Below are positions 26,990 to 39,213 of a DNA stretch of 64,000 nucleotides, in pieces. How positions within the stretch are numbered: the first letter of the stretch is position 1; every line of letters starts with the position of its first letter. Position numbers and translations under genes: made by a program. The notes beneath the pieces were generated by a model that was not told the origin of the DNA, ran no database searches, and was given only the letters and a program-made list of their open reading frames with translations. Origin of the DNA: Rhizophagus irregularis (Eukaryota); NCBI RefSeq assembly GCF_026210795.1, contig NC_089429.1, positions 3,348,001-3,412,000 on the forward strand, given 5' to 3'.

Positions 26990-28746
26990 GATTATTTTTT
27001 CTTGGTTTTCTTTTTATTGTTCTTATTACTGGTACTAACAACCCCACTGGCACTACGATTGACCTCTTCTTTATTAACGGCCATAGGTCTTCTACGCAGG
27101 CTTCGTCCGTCTAATGTAATAAATAAGAAAAAATATTAAAAGTTATTTTATTTAAATTAATTAATTATAAAAAATTTTTTTACTTGTAATTTTACTTGTA
27201 ACTTTCAATCGTTTGTTGTTTGAATCCTCTATTAATAGAAAAAAAAATACATTTAATTATTTTTATTTAAATTAAAATATAATCATTTTATAAAAAAAAA
27301 ATTTTACTTTTCATAGGTTCTCCGGTTCGTTTTTTTGCTAAATAATAAAAATCACAAACATTAATCACAAACATTAAATTAAGTCATTTCCTATGGTTAA
27401 TTTGTTACAATATAATTATACCTTGATCTTCGTCTTCAACATCATTTTCTTCATTTCTATTTTGGATTTCTTCGTTTCCTTCAATTCTGATTATTACAGT
27501 TCTAATCTCCTCTTCTTGTTCCTCATTCCTAACTTCCTCTTCCTCTTCTTCTTGTTCCTCATTTCTAACTTCTTCCTCTTCCTCTTCTTCTTGTTCCTCA
27601 TTTCTAACTTCTTCCTCTTCCTCTTCTTCTTGTTCCTCATTTCTAACTTCTTCCTCTTCCTCTACTTCTTGTTCCTCATTTCTAACTTCTTCCTCTTCTT
27701 CTTGTTCCTCATTTCTAACTTCTTCTTCTTCCTCGTCTTGATTCCTTTTCTTAAAATATCCGTTTCTATTCTTGGCTTTATGATCGCCTTTCATTAATAT
27801 AAATTAAATATAAATTAGATTTTTGATCTTTTCTTTTTTTTTTAAAAAAAAAGAAAAAACAAATATACTCACGGACATGTTGGACGTGTTTTTTTAACAA
27901 TTCATACGCAAACCAATCATTAAAGCCGAACGGTATATGTAAGTCTTTCGTTCTTAATTTAAACTAAGAAAAGGTTATTATTTCATTATATTTATAAAAA
28001 AAAATCTATAAAACAAATAAAAATTACCTTTTCGATTATTTTGAATAAAATGTTCTTAGGAATGTCTTTATAGGCATAATTGTATTCAAGCTGATAATCA
28101 GCGCATATGCGCATTGCAGCCTAGTTTTATTGATTATTAAAGTCTTGTTTTGTATAACCAAATTATTTATGTATATACGCACCACACATGTCGTATACAC
28201 TTCATTCGAAATATTTAACGCGTTTAACATATCAGCTTTTGAAATATACTTCTTTTTTGGCCTTTGTATAAAACTATGTGTCTTTTAATGATATATTTAA
28301 AAAATAAATAAATAACTTAAATAATTAAATACAGTAATAATAATAAGGGCTTACAACAACAGAAGTTATGGACGACGACGGGGAGGGTCTTCGCGTACTC
28401 GCTGTGAATGATGTGGAAGGGCTTACAGCAACAGAAGTTATGGATGACGACGTGGAGGGTCTTCGCGTACTCGCTGTGAATGACGTGGAGGGTCTTCGCG
28501 TACTCGCTGTGGAGGAAGGCCTTTGGAAACTTAACGCTGTAGAAGGTCTATTATAACTTGTTATTGTTGTGGGAAACGAAAAAGTACTATCCAGAGAACT
28601 GAAAATAAATTTTTTTTTAATAAAATTTATGAAGAGTTGCATAAAAATCCTTATTTTTCATACACATACTTTATTTTTTCCAATAAAGCTTCATTTTGTT
28701 TCTTGATAAGGTCCAATTGTTCTTGGAGATCATTATTATTGCTCAT
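26990..28746 (-). CDS. Multi-exon low-complexity protein divergent from the transposase (accessory gene)
   Basis: Starts MSNNNDLQEQLDLIKKQNE; has Ser/Thr repeats and EEEEEVRNEEQ repeats; GT-AG introns. 3' end approximate. Confidence 0.45.
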
Positions 28747-29468
28747 AGTCACGTAAAAGTATCGAACGTATCGTAAACGTATAAATGTTAAAGAGAAAAA
28801 AGTAGGAAAAATACGTGGATTTTTATGATGACTAGGGTTTATTAACATCAGGTGATAAATTAAAATCGCGTACGTCCCCCGTGTAAACAGATACGTGAAA
28901 CAATGTGAAACATGACCTGCCTATATGTAGCGATCATAGGGGCACAAACACTTTAAAAGGACGGATCTCAGCCCATCATTTATTGTCGGGATTGTCGGGT
29001 ACTCGGGTTACTCGGCTAGTCGGGTTATTGTAGAAAAGATATATAACACGGGACATATATACACATATATATGATGGCGTAGTATAAAGTATAATTGTAT
29101 ATACTATATAATGTAATTATGTTATACGTTAATTTTAGAGTTTATTTTGAGCTTTACCGAATATTACCGAATATTTTCGAGTTCTTTAAAATTTGCTAAG
29201 TCCCGTACATTATGAAATCAGTTATAATAAATTTCAAGATTTTTCATTTCGATATTTGTATTTCGAGCTTATTAAGTGTCGGGCTTATGAAATGTCGGGA
29301 TTTAGAGTGTCGGGATAATATACCAAACTCTCGAATATATATATAAAGAAAGCGAATTCAAAGAAAGTACTAACAAATTATATGTGATAAAACTCTCCAA
29401 ATACATATAATAAACTTTATTAAATTAAAAAACCATTAAATAAATATATTTTTTTCCTAATTGAAATT

Positions 29469-32400
29469 ATGCCTAAGTGTGAATGTAAACATTGTTTAAA
29501 TTTATCAAATGGTAGGGGAAGAGTACTTCATAGGACAACAGTAGCTCGACATTTATTAGAAGAAAAAGAGGCACAAGCTCTAGAAGATGAATACCAAAGA
29601 CTTCATCCTGAAGAAAATTTTTATCATTCTGAAGAGGAAAATTTATACGAAGAAAACTTACGTGAAGAAGACTTGTATGAAGAAAATGAACGATCATTTA
29701 TGGTGACAAGTGATAATGAAGAAGAAAATGAACGATCATATATGGAAATGTGTGATAATGAAGAAATTCCAGAAGAAACTAATGATGATTTTAGTTTCCA
29801 AAATGAAGAAAATGAGAAAACTAATAATTATGAAAATGATCATTATTATTATTATGAAAATGATGATTCAATTTCTGATTCTCAAAATGAATCAGAATCT
29901 GATAACATAAATTCTAATGCTGATAATGAAGAAGGTGAATTCCAAAATAAATTATTAATAGTATTTAAATACATTAACTATTTATTAACAATAATGATAA
30001 ATTTTTTAGATAATACAATTATTTCTGATGAATTGCTTGAAGGATTAAGGCTTTTATATGTGAAATCAAATTTTAATTTTTCTGAAGCTGCATTTAATAA
30101 TATATATAAAGCTTTCAATAGAAATAAAATGAGCTTAAATAAAATAAAAAAAATACTTGGTTCGATAGTAGGAATTGAACCAAAAATATACGATATGTGT
30201 GTCAATTCATGTTGTGCGTTCGTAGGAGTTTTAGAAAATGAAAGAAAGTGTAAATTTTGTAAAGAGGACCGATATTATAGTAATGGTAAATCAAGAAAAA
30301 ATTTACCTTTTGTCTCTATAATTGAGCGTTTAAAGCTTCAATTTAAAAACTCTAAAAGATCCAAAGAATTATTATATAGGCATAACTATACTAATAATAT
30401 AGGAGATCTTGTTCATAGGGACATAGGTGATATTTTTGATGGGCTGATTTATAAAGAGTTATTAAATGATGCATATTTTCCCGATCCTAGAGATGTTGCA
30501 TTTACTGCATCTTGTGACGGTTATCAAATATTTCGACAAAAAACTGATGACTGTTGGGTATTTCTTTTTATAAATAATAATTTGCCTCAAGAATTAAGGG
30601 TAAAAAAAGAAAATTTAATGGTAACATTAATAATCCCAGGGCCAAAACAACCTCAAGATTTTAATTCATTTCTCTATCCATTAATTCAAGAGATGAAATT
30701 GTTACAAGGTATATTAAAAAATATGAAAAATAATAATTAATATAATATTTATTAATCATATTTTTGTATTTACAGATGGAATATTATGCTATGATGGAAA
30801 TAAAAAAGAATATTTTACTTTACGTGCTCACATATTAGCTTGGACTGGAGATCTTCCTGCTCTTTCAAAAATTTTATATTTAACGGGACATAATTCATAT
30901 TCAGGTTGCAGATTCTGTAATCTTCGAGGAACTTTAAATGAAATGAATAGACATGTATATTATCCATTACAACAAAATATTGATCCTATACGATTACCAA
31001 TTCGAACACATGATGAGATGCTGACTAGCATAAATCAAATAGAACATCTGAAAGGAGATCGTAGAGAAACTTATATACGTAACTGCGGTTAGTTCAATAT
31101 TTTAAATAAACTCATAGTAAAATTGATTAATATATTTTCTGAATTTTTAAAATTCTTGTTTAATAAAAAAAAATTAGGAATTAAAGGAAAGAGTATATTA
31201 TTTGAGTTATCTTCTATAAAATTTCCGCGTTCATTTCCAGTGGATATAATGCACCTTTTTTTCGAAAACATTGCACCTCACATGTTTCGACATTGGATAG
31301 GAAAATTCTATCCAAAAAATGATGAACGGAATTCAAATAATTATACAATAAGTTCTAAAACATGGATTGAAATTGGTGAAATCATGGAAAAAAATAGATC
31401 TAATATGCCATCTGATATTGGACGTCCTCCACGCAATATCATTAAACATTCGGCTGGGTTTAAAGCTGTGGAATGGGCAAATTGGATTATTTTATTTTCT
31501 TTACCATTATTAAAAGGAAGGCTGCCACAAAGGTAATAATAAATAAAAAGAGTTAATTGTTAAAAAATTGATAATATAGGAAAGCTTATTTAAATAATTT
31601 AAAATAATAGTTACTTCTTAGGATGGTCAAATTTTGTTGAAGCTGTTCAGTTATGTATTCAACCTCGAATAGATTTTGAAGATCTAGATAAAATCCGAAA
31701 TTTATTGATACAATTTTATAATCATTATGCAAGGTATCATCTTTATGGAATTATATAATAATATTTTATACATTAATTAACATGTCTTTTTATAATAATA
31801 GTTCATACGGGTTAGAAGGAGAAAGATTGCCGGTGTATTTAATTTCTTTTCATTACTCTCTGCATATAGGAGATTGTATTGAAGATCTTGGTCCTTGTCG
31901 TGGATTTTGGCAATTTCCGATGGAAAGGTATTGTGGAATGTTAATTCCACTTATTAGCTCTCGAAAACTTCCATATGTGAATTTAATTAATAATGTGTTG
32001 CTGCAAGAAAGGTTTAAGTATCTACAATTTTTACCAACGTATGATGAAAAAGTTTTTTCCAATTTCAAAGAAAAGGAAAAAGCATGGCCATCGCATAGGG
32101 TAAAGTCTAGTATTGTATATGATAATCAGTATGAATTTTATTCTCCGTGTGTTAATTGTAAACTAACAAAAAATGAGGCTATAAAATTAAAGCAATGCTA
32201 TGCAGCTATATTCCAAAAAAACGCCAGGGATATTAGAGTAATTTTTAATTATAACTACTTTGCATTGTATATTTATTTATTTTTGAATACTTTTACAGAT
32301 GTAATATCATTATTTATTATTTAGGACATTGAAGAAAGTTATATGAAGTATGGGAAACTTCGTACAAAAGATGGCAATATTGTATCTTCTAAATGGTGGA

Positions 32401-32782
32401 AAAAAGAAAATGATAGTAGTCGAAATGATTATTGTGTCGCTGTAAGAAATTGATAATTAGATTTTATAATTATTATAAATATCATTCAAATATTAAACAG
32501 AAAATTTTATTATAGATTAACTTAACTATTGATGAACAAGAAGAGGAGACTTTTGGACAAGTTGAATATTTCATGCTCCATAATATGCAAAATCAAGAAC
32601 GAATGTTTGCATATATTCGAAAAATCAAAAAATTGGAGAAAAATATTGGAAATTTAAAATTTTTTGATTGCTTCGGTCCTCTACAATATGTGGAAGTAAT
32701 TGGTATTGATAGAACTGTTGGATTTTTTGAAGTGTATGATAAAAAAAATTATTATATAATAGACAAATATGCAAACTGGTAA
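29469..32782 (+). CDS. CACTA/EnSpm transposase (Transposase_21/TnpD-like), about 8 exons, apparently intact
   Basis: YDMCVNSC, DIFDG, SCDGYQIF, IPGPKQP, GDLPA...GHNSYSGCRFC, DIMH, FKAVEW, GP...WQFPMERYCG. Introns at approximately 29935-30009, 30709-30775, 31088-31177, 31533-31610, 31734-31801, 32238-32324, 32442-32515. Confidence 0.9.
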
Positions 32783-33259
32783 TAACTGCAAGCTGATAAT
32801 AAAATAACATTTTTTCATCTTTATAAGAATAAAGTTTTCGTAAATTTTTATTTATTTTGATGATCGGGAATGTCAATTTACTTTTAACTTTATAAAGGCC
32901 TAAATTTAAGGAAAATTAAGTTTCAATCGCTAATATTTTCGAGTTCAATAAATCTTTATATTGGTTTCATAATAAATAAACGAGAATTTCAAATTTTTTT
33001 TTGTCGTAAAATAATAATTTTTTTGACGTAATTGAACCAGTTGCGATAAACATACACGTGATCGGTACTACGGTTAAATGTTATCGATTTTATACATATA
33101 GGTATACGTTACGGCGGGTACACAGATATAAATATGTAATCATTAAATTTGCGTGTCTGATAATGGTAAAAATTTTGGTTTTTGGCCAAATTTCGTTAAA
33201 TTAATTGAGATAATGGATATCTTGTTAACAAATTTATGTTTTATTTATTCAATAAATAT

Positions 33260-34290
33260 TTCTTTGTCATTGTTTAATCAATTGCTTTAAAAATAAACAA
33301 TGGTATACTTTGAACAATGGCAAGAAAAGTTCGCGCGAACTTTTCTTGCCATTGTTTAATCAATTGCTTTAAAAAAAAACAATGATATACTTTGAACAAT
33401 AGCAAGAAGAAAAGTTCGCGCGAACTTTTCTTGCCATTGTTTAATCAATTGCTTTAAAAAAAAACAATGATATACTTTGAACAATAGCAAGAAGAAAAGT
33501 TCAAGCGAATTTTTCTTACCATTGTTTAATCAATTGCTTTAAAAAAAACAATGGTATACTTTGAACAATAGCAAGAAAAGTTCGCGAATTTTTCTTGTCA
33601 TTGTTTAATCGATTGCTTTAAAAAAAAACAATGGTATGCTTCGAACAATAGCAAGAAAAGTTCGAGCGAATTTTTCTTGCCATTGTTTAATCAATTGCTT
33701 TAAAAAAAAACAATGGTATGCTTCGAACAATAGCAAGAAAAGTTCGCGCGAATTTTTCTTGCCATTGTTTAATCAATTGCTTTAAAAAAAAAAAATAATA
33801 GACTTGAGTTAAACAATGGCAAGAAATGTTCGAGCGAATTTTTCTTGCCATTGTTTAATCAATTACTTTGAAAAAAAAAACAATGGTATACTTTGAACAA
33901 TGGCAAGAAAAGTTCGAGCGAAATTTTCTTGCCATTGTTTAATCAATTGCTTTAAAAATAAACAATGATATACTTCGAACAATGGCAAGAAAAATTCGCG
34001 CGAATTTTTCTTGCCATTGTTTAATCGATTGCTTTAAAAAAAAACAATAGACTTGAGTTAAACAATGGCAAGAAATGTTCGAGCGAATTTTTCTTGCCAT
34101 TGTTTAATCAATTACTTTGAAAAAAAAACAATTGTATACTTTGAACAATGGCAAGAAAATTTCGAGCGAACTTTTCTTGCCATTGTTTAATCAATTGCTT
34201 TAAAAATAAACAATTGTATACTTTGAACAATGGCAAGAAAAATTCGCTCAAAATTTTCTTACCATTGTTTAATCAATTGCTTTAAATAAA
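33260..34290. repeat. ~81-bp palindrome-containing tandem array 3
   Basis: Same unit as arrays 1 and 2. Confidence 0.9.
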
Positions 34291-34899
34291 CATATTAATA
34301 TCAGTTACGAGATCCGATTCACTATCACTAACAATTACAGGAGGAACACAATGTTTAACATGTTGAGTATATCCAGATTTGGAGGAAAATGTTCTTGAGC
34401 AATATGGGCATTCCTGGGGTATCATTTTAAGGTATTTGTATAGGATTTGAATTATTTACTTGCTATTGCCTTTGGTAAAAATGACCGTATTTATACGCAA
34501 ATTTTTATTTCCTTCAGTAAAAATGGCCATATTTACATATAAAATTATTTATCATACGGCCGTGAATCTCATTAAGATCAGCCGATCCACAAAAATTTGT
34601 TACTTTGATCTTTTTTTTTGCACGTAATTAATAAAAAATATGTTTTTTCACCACAAAATACGTTTTTATTTTATTGTTTTTATTTTATTGAAGTTTTCTT
34701 TAAAAATCTTTGGTCCCGGATCAGCCGAATTGAATAAAATTTTACTAGAATTGGATAAATGATCGGCCGATAAAAGCTGATCATATTTCGATTATTTCCA
34801 GAGATCGGCACATGAAGTAAAAAGTCAAATTTGCCTTAAATTTATTATTGAATTGAAAATTTTATTTGGTTTGTTACAAAAAATTTGCAAATTTTTATA

Positions 34900-36294
34900 T
34901 ATAAAATTCTTGCTAAGCCCTTTACTTTAAAAAAAACATATTTCCATCAGCACCTCCCCCATTCAAAATTGAAAAACATGCACACTTGTTAAATTTAGTA
35001 ATATAGAAAAGAATTATATTAATTAGTCAAGAACCTTTAAAGGAAAAAGGATATAATATTATCGAAAAAGAAGAATTTTTTTACTTACGGAATCAATATA
35101 TTTTTTAGTTTTTGCCGTCTGTTCTATCATCATCTAATAATTTCTGACCGTTAATAATTTAAATAAATTAGTTAATAAATAGATACCATTATTACAATTT
35201 AAGTTCAAAATTATGAAATTTACCATATAATATTCTATTTTATTTTTCATTGTATTTTCATTTGTTTGTATTGTTTTAGACTTTGGGTCCAATAATACTG
35301 CGAACGTGGCTGTTACGAAGGCGAGATGCAAAGAAGATGGATATTCTCCAGCGAATACTCTTTCAAGTATTCGCGTAAGCACGCCCAAACTTCCATTTTG
35401 ATTAAAAAGTTTATTGTAACATTCAGCCACTGCAGGATGATTTTTCCATTCAATTATCCCTGCTGATGAAGTGTTAGTATTGATGGGTGGCAAAATTACT
35501 TCTCCAAAATAGCTGAATAAAGCATCTCTAGCTTTAGTTGTCAAGCAACTTCGTAGGGATCTTTGTTTTGATAGAAGCTTTTATTAAAAAAAAAAGATTA
35601 TTATTATTTATTAGTTTTCTAAAACGTAAATATTAAATATAAAAAATTTACTTCTGGACAAATTTTGTTGTTAAAATATGAAATCCACTGCGTTTTAGTA
35701 GTGAATTTGTTGTAAAAGTCTTGATGTCGAATTTTGAGAAATTCCTCAGTTGCTTCTCGTAATTCTTCTTTGGTAGGGTATATACTTATATTAAATGTTG
35801 CTTTAGCAACATCTTTTATTATGGTCTAAAGAAATATAATTTGAGTTATAATATGTATATGACTTTAAAATTTAAAAAAGCTAGACTAACCTTTATGAAG
35901 TTATTATCACCGGAATTATCAGATTCGACCATCTCCTCAATATGCTTCATTCTATTGCATAAAAATTCCAAATGTTTATTGGTTTTTACGTTCTCCTCGA
36001 TTAATTTAGTGTTGAACTGTTTATTTTGTTCTATCATATTATCAACCTTTTTGTTGAGTTTTATGAGTTGTTCTAATAAAATAAATTTTTGTTATAAAAT
36101 ATAAATTATCATAATTTTAAAAAACGATAATATTCAAATATTTGCATACCATTAAAAACTTCATAGCTATTTTCGCTCATGCTACTCGTGCTACTCATAC
36201 TACTTTCAATACCTCGGCGTTTGTTTGATGTTTCTTCACCCGCCGATAGAAGTTTTTGAATTTTATTTCGAAATTCTGATCTATCTCCGGACAT
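34900..36294 (-). CDS. Multi-exon accessory gene convergent with the transposase
   Basis: Exon ORFs 36109-36294, 35846-36037 and 35134-35544 linked by GT-AG introns. 3' end approximate. Confidence 0.55.
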
Positions 36295-38319
36295 GTTTGT
36301 AATATTGATGATAATAGAGAATTATAAAATTTATGATAAGGTAAGAATCCTCACGAAAAAAAATATTGAGCAAGTCTTTATTTTACGGTATTTATGAATA
36401 TTAAATGTACATACGTGGATATAAAAAAATCTAAATTAGGAAAAACTTAGAAGTTGCTATAAATGTATCCACGTGGAACCAATATCGATGTATGTGGAAA
36501 AGCTTAATAATATTTAATGGTTATGAATTATTATGAATGTACATACGTGGATCAGGGGACTAAAATAGTACTGTAAAAGTCGGAAAAAACGATAAATTTT
36601 GAAAATATACGAAAATTTTCATTTTTCCTGCGACCTGTTAATGCCAATATAAAAAATAAAAACAATCCCCTGAGCTCAATCAATACTAATGGTTACGAAT
36701 TATTAAATATATATGTGGATATAAAAAAATCTAAGAAGAAGTATAAATCATACCCAGAAGTTATTAAATGTGCCTACGTGGAACCAATATCAATGTATGT
36801 GGATCAGGGTCTAAAATAGTACGTGGAACAAATATCGATCAGGGTCTAAAATGGTACGTGGAACAAAGATCGAAACCCCAGAAAAATACGATATATTTAA
36901 AAAGTATCCAAAAATTTTCAGTAAAATAAACATAATATATAAAAACCAATAAATTAAAGCCCGTCAGCAAATTTTTTGTACCTACGTGGTAAATCATCGA
37001 CGTGGATCAAAAAAAATGATGGTAAATGTGATGTGAAGGAACACGTGGATTCGGGTCTACATATGTGGATATAAAAAAAATCTAAGAAAAAGTATTAATC
37101 ATACTCGGGTTATTATAAATGTACCTACGTGGAACCAATATCAATGTATGTGGATTAGAGTCTAAAATAGTACGTGAAACAAATATCGATCAGGGTCTAA
37201 AATAGTACGTGAAACAAATATCGATCAGGGTCTAAAATGGTACGTGGAACAAAGATCGAAACCGCAGAAAAACACGATATATTTTAAAAGTATCCAAAAA
37301 TTTTCAGTAAAATAAACATAAAATATAAAAACCAATAAATTAAAGCCCGTCGGCAAATTTTTTGATAAATCTGATTAAATCCTGATGCGAATACTAAAAA
37401 AGTATACATATGTAGTTATTCAGTAAAATTCGAAGCAGATATCACATATACGTACCGGGGACGATGATTTTTTGTTGTGATAAAATTTATAAAATATGTT
37501 TGTAATAAACTAGTATTTTGATTTTGTTTATTGGTGATATTTTGTTGGTTAATTAGCTTAATAAAGCAAAAAATATGAAAAAAAAACTAAATTAACAAAA
37601 AACTAGCTGTAAGTAAGAATCAAGATGCTGAAGTCGTGGTCAATAAAGGGGAAAATAGGCAAATTTTTTTGTTGAAAAAAATCGAGAGTATGAACAAATT
37701 CTTTTGAAAAAGGTGAAATAAAATGAAAAATGGTAGTAATTACTACCCTGATGGTAATTACCCCCCTTTGTTGATTATCTTGTAAAATAGCATGAATTTT
37801 CGCTATTTTTTTCATTTCTGGTATTAACTCGCAATTCAGCTTCATATAATCTTTAGCATAAAAAATCAGTCGAAACTAAGAATTCCACCGTGTTGCATTA
37901 GGTAACGGAATTTTACGTGGTGATGCAATTCCATGTTCTTTTAAGTGAACTGTGTACGTCTTCGTGTAGGAGCATTAACAAAAACGTTCTTTATATCTTG
38001 CATAAAGCTTTTTAGATGTTAAATTGGGAAAAGTCTCGCTGAAAAAAAAATTTTTTTATTAGTAAAGACAGGTAAGATTCAAAGATTAAGATTATCATGA
38101 ACTATACCCGATTTATGCGCACAACATGGCGCATGTATAACTGAGCATAACACTTTTCATATAAGCCGCAGAATTAGCGTATAATTTTAACTTTACCGAA
38201 TATTTCCGAGTTCTTTAAATTTTGCTAAGTGTCCCAACCTTTTTGAAAAATCCGAAGGCATCCGGTTTATTCATATCTAATCCGGATTTAAAAATAAATC
38301 CGGTTTGAAACTCTAGGTG

Positions 38320-38700
38320 CGAAGGATTTCGACGTAATATTTGTGCGTTCTAGTACATAAACTTGCGAAGTTGCGTAATATTTTATGCTTGATTCCGGTA
38401 CGTAAATTTTCGAAGGATTTCGAGCGTAATATTTCGCAACGATTACGGTACGTAAATTTTCGAAGGATTTCGAGCGTAATATTTTGTAACGATTCCGGTA
38501 CCGTAAATTTTTCGAAAGGTTTCGGCGTAATATTTCGCAACGATTACGGTACGTAAATTTCGAAGGATTTCGAGCGTAATATTTCGTAACGGTTACGTAC
38601 GTAAATTTTCGGGGGAAAAGTTTCGGCGTAATATTCCGCAACATTCTGAACGTAAAATTTGCAAAAGTATATGCTATAATATTTCGGAAGTTTACGATAC
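38320..38700. repeat. ~50-bp CpG-rich tandem repeat
   Basis: Unit CGTAAATTTTCGAAGGATTTCGAGCGTAATATTTCGCAACGATTACGGTA. Confidence 0.8.
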
Positions 38701-39213
38701 CCGTAAACTTACGTATGTTTACTCCGTAAATTTACGGACATCGTAACTTACGTAATATTATGCCCGATTAAATTTGCTGATGACTACTTCGAACAATAGC
38801 AAGAAAAGTTCGCGCAATGGTAGATCAAGTAGTAGAATATAAGGATTTTAATATACCGTATCTATTATTCACAGTAAAATACGTTATAAACGTATGATTT
38901 AATATACCGTATCTATAGCAGAAATGAATGATACGTTATAGACGTATGAATTTAATATACCGTATCCATATTTTGCGAACAGTATACAAAATACCGATAT
39001 ACAGTAGAAAGATATTTATACAATATACGTTACAAATGTATGAAATTAAAATACCGTATCATACAGTCTATTCACCGTATACTTTGTTACATTTTTTATT
39101 ATTGGCATTTTGCGAACAGTATACATAATACTGATGTGCAGTATATAAAATTGCGAACAGTATCAAAGATGCGAATATACAGTATATAAACAGTGTGCAT
39201 ATTTTTTATAGGG

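Larger units (their letters stand above)
14669..39213. mobile_element. 24.5-kb CACTA/EnSpm (CMC) DNA transposon with cargo genes
   Basis: TIR CCCTATAAAAAATATG / CATATTTTTTATAGGG. 3-bp TSD CAT (14666-14668, 39214-39216). TTTGCGAACAG subterminal motifs at both ends. Internal transposase. Confidence 0.92.

Noticed and set aside
27393..27797. Hydrophobic Phe/Leu-rich plus-strand ORF
   Set aside because: It is the antisense of a Glu-rich repeat exon.
16735..34290. CRISPR-like appearance of the palindromic arrays
   Set aside because: The sequence between palindromes is itself repeated, so there are no unique spacers; no cas genes; eukaryotic context.
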